Source: an uncultured Planctomycetaceae bacterium
GTDB lineage: Bacteria > Planctomycetota > Planctomycetia > Planctomycetales > Planctomycetaceae
Direction: 5' to 3'
Assembly: GCA_963815195.1 (NCBI GenBank)
Contig: CAWFGE010000004.1
Coordinates: 59,451 to 123,450 of the forward strand
DNA: 64,000 nt
Below, in pieces: positions 13,313-21,773 of this stretch (within the stretch, counting starts at the first letter, position 1; each line of letters starts with the position of its first letter). Under the pieces are notes generated by a model, which made no database searches, was not told the DNA's origin, and worked only from the letters and a program-made list of their open reading frames with translations. The translations under genes were made by a program, and so were the position numbers.

Positions 13313-13410
13313 ATGCCAAATAATGGGCAGACGAATCCGCTCGATCTGATCACGACCACCGCTTACGATGCCGCCGACCGAAAGACGCTCAAACTCGATC
13401 CCCGCGGCGG
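13313..13410 (+). pseudogene. RHS/YD-repeat fragment
   Basis: Translates as ...DLITTTAYDAADRKTLKLDPRG, a typical YD repeat; cut by REPIN copy 2. Confidence 0.6.
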
Positions 13411-13559
13411 GGTGGCATGCTCATGGCTTTGCATGAGCATGCATTTGGATGAAACTTTGATTCCTTGAAATCAAAAAAATACGGCCAAAAAACAGGGGCC
13501 ATGTCACATTACGTTCGGAAAACATGCTCATGCAAAGCCATGAGCATGCCACCCTGCCG
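13405..13559. repeat. REPIN/MITE-like element, copy 2
   Basis: Differs from 10922-11075 only by one extra A in an A-run and one C/T substitution. Confidence 0.9.
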
Positions 13560-13748
13560 CCCCCCCGCACAAACACCGCGAACGCTACCTCGCCACCAAA
13601 CGCGACAAACTAGGACACCTCCTCCCCGCCGGCAACCAGGACGCGGCCGATTGAGCGAAGAATGGAGAGCCGGTTCCGCCCGCCTTTTGGTTTGAGAACG
13701 CCATCCACCCTAACATCGCTGGCCGGCACAGCCGGCCCTACGCCACTC
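13558..13748. repeat. 191-bp direct repeat, copy 2 (duplicated ribBA 3' end + REP)
   Basis: Identical to 9658-9848. Confidence 0.95.
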
Positions 13749-13850
13749 CGGGGAAGTACTTGACGCCTTTGGAATTCAGTTCGTTTTGGCTGGAACATAG
13801 AGTTGTCCGAGACTAAGGATGAAGATCTGTTGCTGCCGCGGCGATGCGGT

Positions 13851-16800
13851 TCAGTTACCGGGTAGTAACCACTCAAGGCCGGCTTCTATAAACAATAGCC
13901 GGGTTTGAACAGATTTGGGATTGAGCGAAAACTGATGCTGAATCGCCGTGCGATAGGCTAGGAGTTGCGGTTGATAGAACTCGCCGAGTTCGCCTAAGGC
14001 TTTCGACGCATTCTTATCGATATGATCGGTTTTGAAGTCGATCGCGTCGGCACCGACAACGTGCCCGTCCTGCACAATGAGCACCAGCCGGTCGATGATG
14101 CCGTGCGTCAAGAGGTTATTGTGGCGATAGGCGGTCGGGTACTCGTGATGGAGTTCCAACGCAACCGGGCCGGAGGACATGGAATGGCTCGTATAGGATT
14201 CCCGTGAGAGGATTTGCCGAACCGCCGGTTGAATCAGGGCTTTGCCGAAGTGTTCGATTTCTTGGTCCAGGTTCAATCGCGGGTGGAGGAATTGCCCGGC
14301 GAGTTGCTTGAGGGTTTCATCGTCCGGCGGACCTTCCGATGGCGCTGCGTCCAGCCAGTCCACGTGCTCGAGCCAGGCATGCCAAAGGCTGCCGCGCGTG
14401 CGGGAGTAAACGGAATCCTCGCGAAACGTTTGCCCGATCGAGACAATCGTTCCGCCTTCCAAATCCGAAGGGGTCTGGCGTTCCAAGCGGCGGGTGCGAT
14501 GCAAAGCGGGCGGCTTCAATCGGAGGCTTAAGAGTTGCTCTTGGGGTGGTTCGCTTGTTGATTCTCTGTTAAGGGGTTGCCCGGCAAACCAGTGTTTGTC
14601 GCCATGCTCATAGAGCGTTTTTTCGGGCGGGATTTCCAGGCGGCCGTCGGTCAACGCCGACCTTAAGAGCCCGGCGTAGGTTTTGGGCAGCGAGCGTTCG
14701 TTCTCGCGGCTGGGGGCGACGATCATATAAAGCGCGTGCACCGCCCTGGTCATCGCGACATAGAGCAGGCAGAGGCTTTCGTTGTCGATTTGCTGATTGT
14801 AGTTTTCGAGCATCGCGTTAAACCGCGCCGGCAAGAGAGGCATGACTCTGCTGGGAATATAGCGGAAGACAGCCTCGATGGGGGCGGTGGGGTTTTTGCG
14901 GCCGACGATGACCGAGGGCGTCAATCCGCTCAATCGGCCGTCGAGTTCGGGGAGGACCACGATGTCAAACTGCAAGCCCTTCGATTGATGGATATTCATC
15001 ACCCGCACGTCGGCGGCGCTCGGATCTTCCACCTTCGTGGCGGAGACCATTTCGATAAAGTCCCCCGCCTGGAGGCTCGCCTGGTCTTCGTAGCGGTAGG
15101 CGAGGCTGACCAGTTGCATCAGCCGCGTGAGTTCGCGTTCGTTGCAGAAGGGCGTCAATTCCCGCACCCACTGATAGATCGTCCCCCCGTAGCCTGCTTC
15201 GAGCAACATTCGGCGGATGTCCAGCGACAACCGCCGGGCCGCGTCGTCGTCGGCGTAATCGGCAAAGCCCACGATCGTTCCCAGGCTGGAATGGGCCACG
15301 TGAAAGCGGGCGATGGTGTCCCCCGGATGGTCGGTGATCGCGAGGAGCGAAAGCACCAACTGCACGGCGGCGGAATCGAGCAGCGGGTTGCCGCCTTCTT
15401 CGCTGGCTTCGATGCCGTGCGTGTGGCGGAGTTCGTAAATCATCCGGGCGACGGCCTGGTTCTTCCGCACGAGGATCCCGATCGAAGCCCCCGGCGTTTC
15501 GCGGTGGAGCCTGGCGACCTCGGCGGCCGCGTATTTCAACGTTTCGACGGCCTGGCTTTCATCTTCCTCGGCCTGGGTCGCGGTTTGGAGGACAGAGTAG
15601 CCGGGGAAGTCGCGGGCGGTGGTATGGGTTTGAAACCGCTTCCGCCAAAGCTCGGCGATGCCGGGCAGCTTGGACATGACCTTGTTGGAATCGAGCCGGC
15701 CGAACACGCGGTTGACGACATCGATCACGATCTGGCTCGAACGATAGCTGCGGGTCAGTTCGCGCTCGGTCAGCCGGGGCAATTCTTGATCGAGCGAGGC
15801 GAACAAATCCGCCACGCCGCCGCGCCAACCGTATATCGCCTGCTTCACGTCGCCGACGCAAAAAAACGACCGCGCGGGATCTTCCGCGGCGGCCTCCGCA
15901 AACGGGCGAAGCACCGTCCACTGGAGCAGCGACGTGTCCTGGAATTCATCCAGAAGCAAATGCCCCACATGGGCATCGAGCCGGAACTCCAACTGCCCCG
16001 AGTCCATGTCCTGGATCGCATTCGCGAGCAGTTGGGTGATGTCCTGGAAGCGGTAGGACCTTTGCTCGGCTTTCAAGCGTTCGTAGGAACGGTGAAAGTG
16101 ATCCAAGAGCTTCCAGGTGGCTTCCGTCTGGTCGGCGATGCGGTTGACCAGCTGGGCCTTGACGTGCTCGATGATGGGCGCGTAAACCGCTCCGACTTCC
16201 GCCGGCACGAGCTTGTTGTAGTAGGTGGTTTTCCCTTCCAACAGAACTTTGATGAAACCCCCGCCGATCAGCTTGTCCCAATCGCCTTCGCTGGCGGTTT
16301 GCAAATCCCGCACGGCGGCGGTTTGAAAGCGCTTGTCGGGAAACCGGAGCGACGCGAGCGCGGAGAGGGCCTGTTCCCATTCCTCTTCGTCCAGCTTTTT
16401 GTAGCGATTGATCGGCTTCCACGCGGCGGGGATGTCTTCGCCGGCGGAGTCGGGGGTCGTTTCGAGATACAGGTTATAGAGGCCGTTTGCCGTTTGGCGG
16501 ATTTGATCGCTGACGGCCCGGCTCACGTCGCCTTTGTTCAAGAGATGGAGCAGCGTGAGCAGTTCCGAGACGCTGCCCTCGGCCAGAACGTTTTGAATCG
16601 CCAACGAGCGGAGCCGCTGGTCGGCGACTTCATCCACAATGGCCCAACCGGGCGGCAAGCCGAGTTCCAATCCGAAACTGCCCGCGATTTGCACGAAAAA
16701 ACTGTCGAGCGTGCTAATCCGCAGGCGGTGCAGATTGCGAATGAGTTTCGCCAACAGGTCCAGGCAGTCGGTCCGCTGGAAACTCTCGAGGGGGACATCT

Positions 16801-17090
16801 TCCCGAACCAGGCGGGAAAGTTCTTCGAGCTTTTGCGGATTGCCCGCGGCCTCGGCGAGACGCAGGACGACGCGGTCGAGAATCTCGCCGGCGGCTTTGC
16901 GGGCGAAGGTGGCGGCGAGGATTTCGTCCGGCCGGTCCGAGGCCCGCGCGAGCGCGATATAACGATTGGAAAGCTGGAACGTCTTTCCCGTGCCGGCGGA
17001 AGCGCGAATCACCTCGTTGGGAAACGCGACGTGGCTTCCCAACGAGGTGTTCTGTTCCTCGTCGTTCCAATCGAAGAGGGTTTGTCTCAC
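13851..17090 (-). CDS. addA: ATP-dependent helicase/nuclease subunit A (UvrD-type helicase + RecB-family nuclease)
   Basis: ASAGTGKT, LLDEFQDT, VGD.KQAIYGWRG, SYRS, HQSKGLQF, LYVAMTRA and C-terminal GIIDRL...IDFKT; GTG start overlaps the upstream stop. Confidence 0.85.
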   Translation of the reverse strand: MRQTLFDWNDEEQNTSLGSHVAFPNEVIRASAGTGKTFQLSNRYIALARASDRPDEILAATFARKAAGEILDRVVLRLAEAAGNPQKLEELSRLVREDVPLESFQRTDCLDLLAKLIRNLHRLRISTLDSFFVQIAGSFGLELGLPPGWAIVDEVADQRLRSLAIQNVLAEGSVSELLTLLHLLNKGDVSRAVSDQIRQTANGLYNLYLETTPDSAGEDIPAAWKPINRYKKLDEEEWEQALSALASLRFPDKRFQTAAVRDLQTASEGDWDKLIGGGFIKVLLEGKTTYYNKLVPAEVGAVYAPIIEHVKAQLVNRIADQTEATWKLLDHFHRSYERLKAEQRSYRFQDITQLLANAIQDMDSGQLEFRLDAHVGHLLLDEFQDTSLLQWTVLRPFAEAAAEDPARSFFCVGDVKQAIYGWRGGVADLFASLDQELPRLTERELTRSYRSSQIVIDVVNRVFGRLDSNKVMSKLPGIAELWRKRFQTHTTARDFPGYSVLQTATQAEEDESQAVETLKYAAAEVARLHRETPGASIGILVRKNQAVARMIYELRHTHGIEASEEGGNPLLDSAAVQLVLSLLAITDHPGDTIARFHVAHSSLGTIVGFADYADDDAARRLSLDIRRMLLEAGYGGTIYQWVRELTPFCNERELTRLMQLVSLAYRYEDQASLQAGDFIEMVSATKVEDPSAADVRVMNIHQSKGLQFDIVVLPELDGRLSGLTPSVIVGRKNPTAPIEAVFRYIPSRVMPLLPARFNAMLENYNQQIDNESLCLLYVAMTRAVHALYMIVAPSRENERSLPKTYAGLLRSALTDGRLEIPPEKTLYEHGDKHWFAGQPLNRESTSEPPQEQLLSLRLKPPALHRTRRLERQTPSDLEGGTIVSIGQTFREDSVYSRTRGSLWHAWLEHVDWLDAAPSEGPPDDETLKQLAGQFLHPRLNLDQEIEHFGKALIQPAVRQILSRESYTSHSMSSGPVALELHHEYPTAYRHNNLLTHGIIDRLVLIVQDGHVVGADAIDFKTDHIDKNASKALGELGEFYQPQLLAYRTAIQHQFSLNPKSVQTRLLFIEAGLEWLLPGN

Positions 17091-17866
17091 GGTTCGATTT
17101 CGTATCGCTTCAGGAAATCTTCCGGGATCTCCGCCGTCTTCTGGGCCACGAGGGCGAAATAAAACAGCGGGTGCCCTTCCATCGACAACCGATGGCGGTA
17201 TTTCTCCAAATGATACAGTTCCAGATACTCCGAGAAAATGAGTTCGCGGATGAATCGCGAAAATCCGGAGTCGTCGGACTTGTCCAGAAACGTCTCTTTG
17301 ATGTTGAACGCGACCCAGCCGCCGACCTGAATGAACTGGAGCGCTTTAAAAAACGCCCGCGGCGGAATGTCGCCGAAGCCCAAAGCCGCCACCGAAGTCA
17401 GGCAGTCGAAGGACCAGTCGGCGATCTGTTCCTCCAGCTTGGGCGACAGGTCGGTGAAGTCGGCGACATAGTATTCATCATACACGAAGGGCCGATCGCG
17501 GTAGGCGGCGTCTTTGGCTTCGGGGATGATGTCCACACCCACGAGCCGGGCCACGCCTTTGGACTTCAAAATCTCGCCCATCATGCCGTTGCCCGCGCCG
17601 AGATCGAGCACGCGGAGTTCCGTGGGCGGCTTGTCCCCGCCTTCCAGCGTCCGGTAGAGGATTTCGCCGACTTTTTTCGGCGACGTGCATTTCAGCCGGT
17701 CGTAAAACAGTTGTTCGTAAAGTTTGGGCCTGAGATAGATTTGATTGTAGTCGTGAAAACGCAGCTTCGTTTTGCGATCGCCTTCCTCGATCAAATAGAA
17801 ATAGACTTCGTCCTGGTTGAGGTCGGTGCTTTCTTGCGGCGGAAATTGAATTCGGTGTCTAGACAT
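17087..17866 (-). CDS. Class I SAM-dependent methyltransferase
   Basis: Motif I VLDLGAGNG, GVDI; ATG at 17866 after AAGGAGG; 4-bp overlap with addA. Confidence 0.85.
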   Translation of the reverse strand: MSRHRIQFPPQESTDLNQDEVYFYLIEEGDRKTKLRFHDYNQIYLRPKLYEQLFYDRLKCTSPKKVGEILYRTLEGGDKPPTELRVLDLGAGNGMMGEILKSKGVARLVGVDIIPEAKDAAYRDRPFVYDEYYVADFTDLSPKLEEQIADWSFDCLTSVAALGFGDIPPRAFFKALQFIQVGGWVAFNIKETFLDKSDDSGFSRFIRELIFSEYLELYHLEKYRHRLSMEGHPLFYFALVAQKTAEIPEDFLKRYEIEP

Positions 17867-18075
17867 TATGTCGCGCGTGCCCTCCTTAAAAAGAAAAACG
17901 GACGTTGGAAGATCGTCGGGGCGGTATTCCGTTTTTCCGTCCCGTTCGATTCCAACGCGTGAAAACGATGGGCATCCCCAGGGAAAGGGAGAAATCCCGA
18001 ATCCGGCGTGGGAGGATGCCCGTTCCCTTCCAACCCTACAAAACCCGGGCGGCGAAGGTAAGGGCAATCGGAAAA

Positions 18076-21000
18076 TCAGGCGGCCCCGCCGGCCGATTCG
18101 TCGGTTTTCAAGCTGGGGTGAAAATGCCGAATGCGGGTGACGGCCACCAGGCACGCCGCCTGCTCGCTGGGGCCGTGGGAGGCTTGAAACTCCTCGAGCA
18201 GCGGCAACAGAAATCCCGCGAACTCGCCGTCCTCGACCGCGGCGTCGCGGAGCGTTTCCACGAGCGCCAACTTCGCCTTGCGGTGGGGCAGCGGCTTTAA
18301 GCGGGTTTGGATCGTGCCCGCTTCCTCGCGGCGGGCTTCCGGACGGCCGGGCGGAAGCTCGAACAGCATCCGCCTTAAAAACCGCCTGAGCGCATCCGCC
18401 TCGGCGGGCAGGTTCTCCGGCTTCGGCGGAGCCCCCGTGCCCACGCTGTCTTCGGGAGATTTCGCCTCTTTTTTGCGTTTGCTCTTGAGCTGCGATTCGG
18501 GCAGCGGCGCGGGTTTCCAGTCCGACGTGATGCCCCGCGCGCGGTACAGCGACCAGAAGCTCTGAATCACGAACGCCCGCACCCGGCGGTCGGGGCTTTC
18601 GGTCAGGCGGAACAGTTCCGCCGGCAATTTCAATCGCGGATGCCGTTCGATCAAGTCCATCCCCAACGCCCGCGTGCCCTCGTCCCGCGATTCGCAAAAG
18701 CTGTAAACCGCATCGGCCGTGAGCACCCTTGGATCAATCCGATACCGGCGGTGCTCGGTGGTGTCCTCCGCGGTCATCGCCTTCGCCACGAACTGCCGGA
18801 CTTCCCCGTAAGGCGATTCGCACATCTCGATCAAACCTTCGATCGGCGGCGCCCAGCGGGCAAACTCATAACCGGCGATCTCAAGCGCAAACTCCCTGAG
18901 CGGCAATCGGCGTTCGAAAAACAACGGCTGCATGCGGTCGAAGGTGAGAAACTCCGCGGGAATCTCCGCACCCGGATCGACCGGCCGGTCCGTCTCCGCA
19001 AGACAAATCTCGGGATGATGCCGGCGAAAATACTTCAGGGCAAACTGCCGGAGCGGCGCGTCCGCTTTGCCCTCGCTGGTGAGCATCTCCCACAGGCGTT
19101 CGCAGCCGGCGGTCACGGCATCGGCGGAGAACTCCCGCTCTTCGCCCGCGAGCCTTTGCAAGAATGCCGTCTCCGAAATGATCTTCAGCTCGGCCCCTTC
19201 CTCCATCAGCGACTCGGCTTTGACCTGCTTGCTGCCTTTTCGCCCCTGGCCATAAAGCGGGCTGCCCTCGTCGCCGATGACGAGGTAATTCAAGTTTTTG
19301 TTGACGGCCGAGGCCACCTTGCCGCCGGCTTCGCGGACTTTCTTCTGGGCTTCGCCGCGGCTCATCGTGGCGAGCTTGCCCGTGAACAGAAACGAATCCC
19401 CGCCCAGATCGACCGCGGGTTTCTTGGGCTCGGCTTTTTTCTTTTTGGATTTTGCGGCGGGCTCGGGTTCCGGAGCCGCGTCTTTCGGAGCAAAATCCGC
19501 CGGCAAGAAGGCGCGGATCATCGTCTCCACCGCAAAGTCGTGATACCGCGGCTCGCTCCGCTGGACCAGTTCCATCAGCCATTCAAACCCCAACTGCCCC
19601 GGCGAAAACCGCCGCGGGTCGCTCAGCCAATGCAGAATCTCCGCCGAGAGTTGCTCATCGAAGTTCACGCCCCAATTCTTGACCGACGGGTAGTCCGACT
19701 TTTTCAGTTCTGCAATTTCGGGAGCGGCTTCGAAGGCGGGATGGTACGCCAATATTTTCAACCATTGGACGCCGACGGTTTCCGCTTTCAGCTTCCCTTC
19801 ATCAATCCAGTTGGTGATGGACGCCGCCGCATGATTGTTGAGCATGGACCGCTTTAAGAAATCGGGAGCGAGTTCGTTCGCATCGAATTTTTGCAGTTCG
19901 CCCATCGCGAAGAGAATCAGGTTCCGAACCTGCCAATACGAAATGCGATCCGTGTCCACCCAATCGACAAGGTCCATGAAAAAATCGGGGCCGAGCTTTT
20001 TGGTGGGATGCACGTCCGGCAGGAGTTTTTGCGCGAACGCTTGCGCGGATTCGTTTTCGCCCAACAGCCGTTCGCGGAACCACTCCGGGGTGAGTTCCTT
20101 CGCGCCGAAATGTTTGCGGATCATGTCCTGGGCCAGGTCGCCGCCGTGCTCGGTTTCGAGGAGCCGCCCCCAGGCGTCCAGGCCCACGTCTTTTCGCGGA
20201 TCGCGGGCTTTGACGAGATCGAGCGCCAGCTTGTGGACGTGGGAGTTCGGATTGTCGGCGAGGCGGATCAAATCCTCGATCGGCAAATCGCGGGCGTGGG
20301 TGCGGGCATAGTCGGCGGCATAGGCGCACGCCGAGTCGCTGGAAGAATCGAACAGCCGCAACACCGCGTCGTGCAAGCCCAGTTCGCGAAACGCCGCCTG
20401 CTCGAACTTGGGAACGTTCTTCAGGATCCATACGACGAACTCATCCACGACGCCGCTGCCCGCGCTGACCAATCGCGCGACCCAATCCGGCTCGACTTCC
20501 CGCAGCGTCGCGCGGAAGTCGGTCTTCAAACCCTCCACGGCGAACTCGCGGATGTCGTCGGACTTGGCCCGCTCCAAAAGTGAAAACAACGGCCGGGGCG
20601 TTCGCTGCCAAAGCTCGCCGAACGCCCGCTGCTTGATGAGCGACTTGGGACGCGAGCGGTAGCGAAACCGGCGGGCGGTGTAGCTGCCCGTCTCGTGAAA
20701 CAGGATGTGGTTCAAAACCCAACACCGGGGCCAATACCCGCTGTGGAAATCCTGCGGATAGTGCGCGAGGAAATCGACGCAGTGATCGGCATAGACCGCC
20801 GGCAGCGTTTGACCGGTCCGCCTCAAGAACCGCCACGCCCGCCGGACCAGATAGCCCAACGTCATTTTGCTGACCGCGGGCGATCCCCAGCCCGCAAACG
20901 CCATGTCGAACCGGGCCGCGAGCGCCCCGTAGATTTCCAGATCGCCCCGGGCCTCGGCTTCCTTGAAAATCCGCTTGAGCGCCTTCCAAGGCCCGTAAGT

Positions 21001-21360
21001 CAAAGGCACCTTCGCGATAATCCGCAGCAAACACGAGCGGGCAAAGACGCCGTTGTCTTCCCAGAGCACGCTGAGGATTTCGTGCAGCCGAAGCTTGTCC
21101 GGAAGCGGCACCTCCGCCTCGGGCGACTCAAGGGCCTTGAGCGTTTCCACGCGGTAATGGGCCTGCTCTTCCCGCGGCTTCTTGCGGAACGCGGGCGACG
21201 TGATCTCCCGCACGAATTTCTCGAACGTCAGCGCCCCCTCGCGCACGGGCGCTTCCGCTTCGGGCGGCGGCGCGGACGCGAGCCGCTCGACATAAGCGAC
21301 GAGTTCCGGGTCGCTCGTTTCCCAAGCCCGCCGAATGTCATCCAATGCGAGTTGCGCCAT
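18076..21360 (-). CDS. Large HEAT/ARM-like helical-repeat protein with an internal BRCT domain
   Basis: BRCT signature FLFTGKL..MSR.EA...V...GGKV.S.V.KNL.YLVIG...GSK..KA......IISE..F (~19150-19405); the rest looks like amphipathic helical repeats. Confidence 0.8.
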   Translation of the reverse strand: MAQLALDDIRRAWETSDPELVAYVERLASAPPPEAEAPVREGALTFEKFVREITSPAFRKKPREEQAHYRVETLKALESPEAEVPLPDKLRLHEILSVLWEDNGVFARSCLLRIIAKVPLTYGPWKALKRIFKEAEARGDLEIYGALAARFDMAFAGWGSPAVSKMTLGYLVRRAWRFLRRTGQTLPAVYADHCVDFLAHYPQDFHSGYWPRCWVLNHILFHETGSYTARRFRYRSRPKSLIKQRAFGELWQRTPRPLFSLLERAKSDDIREFAVEGLKTDFRATLREVEPDWVARLVSAGSGVVDEFVVWILKNVPKFEQAAFRELGLHDAVLRLFDSSSDSACAYAADYARTHARDLPIEDLIRLADNPNSHVHKLALDLVKARDPRKDVGLDAWGRLLETEHGGDLAQDMIRKHFGAKELTPEWFRERLLGENESAQAFAQKLLPDVHPTKKLGPDFFMDLVDWVDTDRISYWQVRNLILFAMGELQKFDANELAPDFLKRSMLNNHAAASITNWIDEGKLKAETVGVQWLKILAYHPAFEAAPEIAELKKSDYPSVKNWGVNFDEQLSAEILHWLSDPRRFSPGQLGFEWLMELVQRSEPRYHDFAVETMIRAFLPADFAPKDAAPEPEPAAKSKKKKAEPKKPAVDLGGDSFLFTGKLATMSRGEAQKKVREAGGKVASAVNKNLNYLVIGDEGSPLYGQGRKGSKQVKAESLMEEGAELKIISETAFLQRLAGEEREFSADAVTAGCERLWEMLTSEGKADAPLRQFALKYFRRHHPEICLAETDRPVDPGAEIPAEFLTFDRMQPLFFERRLPLREFALEIAGYEFARWAPPIEGLIEMCESPYGEVRQFVAKAMTAEDTTEHRRYRIDPRVLTADAVYSFCESRDEGTRALGMDLIERHPRLKLPAELFRLTESPDRRVRAFVIQSFWSLYRARGITSDWKPAPLPESQLKSKRKKEAKSPEDSVGTGAPPKPENLPAEADALRRFLRRMLFELPPGRPEARREEAGTIQTRLKPLPHRKAKLALVETLRDAAVEDGEFAGFLLPLLEEFQASHGPSEQAACLVAVTRIRHFHPSLKTDESAGGAA

Positions 21361-21427
21361 GAGAGATGCTCTCTAACAGAAACAGTCTCGATGTCCGACA
21401 TTAGCCCCCTGCGGCTAATGAATGAGA

Positions 21428-21513
21428 GAAAAAGGTAAAAAAGAATGACCGAGCACCAATTCCGATTGTTGCCGAGCGCGGGCACGTTCTGGGTCATTGT
21501 GTGTCGGTCATTC
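21428..21513 (-). terminator. Putative intrinsic terminator/attenuator between the retron ncRNA and the HEAT-BRCT gene
   Basis: GAATGACCGA (21443-21452) / TCGGTCATTC (21504-21513) stem with extended pairing, followed on the minus strand by TTTTTTACCTTTTT. Confidence 0.55.
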
Positions 21514-21515
21514 CT

Positions 21516-21768
21516 GTTCCTGAGAGCCGTCTACTTCTAGACCTGGGACATGGAAGGCTCACTGACCCGCCGTCCCGGTAGTGCAATTACCTGCAGCGGA
21601 ACCACGATGGGCGGGGTTGATCCAGACCGCTGCGAGGTAATTGCACTACCGGGACGATCAGCGGGTCTGAAACAGCCTTCCTTGTGAAGAGTGACAGGCA
21701 AAACGCTAGAACGGCGCAACGCCGCTCGCGGTGCAAGGCACCAAGCTAGACCTGGACTCTCGGAAACA
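21516..21768 (-). ncRNA. Retron-type msr-msd non-coding RNA resembling myxobacterial Mx162/Sa163
   Basis: 5' arm TTCC-GAGAGTC-CAG-GTCTA pairs with 3' arm TAGAC-GGCTCTC-A-GGAA; unpaired branching G in AGC at 21746; msr hairpins GGTGC/GCACC and GAGCGGCGTTGCGCCGTTC; ~130-nt msd stem-loop at 21553-21680. The predicted DNA ends resemble Mx162 msDNA as I recall it. Confidence 0.8.
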
Positions 21769-21773
21769 ACACC

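Larger units (their letters stand above)
9849..13557. mobile_element. AT-richer 3.7-kb insertion between 191-bp direct repeats; no integrase
   Basis: Flanking exact direct repeats, compositional shift, internal REP/REPIN copies, IS remnant and gene fragments. Confidence 0.75.

Noticed and set aside
9849..13557. Integron cassette array or prophage
   Set aside because: No intI or phage genes, and the repeats lack RYYYAAC...GTTRRRY attC boundaries.
13851..14600. Swapped (foreign) nuclease domain at the addA 3' end
   Set aside because: It looks somewhat AT-richer by eye but has no clear breakpoint; this cannot be supported without codon or phylogenetic analysis.
15240..15262. YADD motif as the missing reverse transcriptase (also YADD at ~41207-41218)
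   Set aside because: Both lie inside clearly non-RT proteins (AddA, DUF1549) with no other RT motifs.
17867..18697. N-terminal extension of the methyltransferase to 536 aa (likewise MoxR to 24542 and DUF4350 to 25648)
   Set aside because: The extensions overlap upstream genes and are low-complexity; RBS-supported starts lie downstream.
21228..21719. Short ORFs 21228-21497 and 21537-21719 as an RT remnant or small proteins
   Set aside because: They show no RT-like sequence and are translations of structured non-coding DNA.
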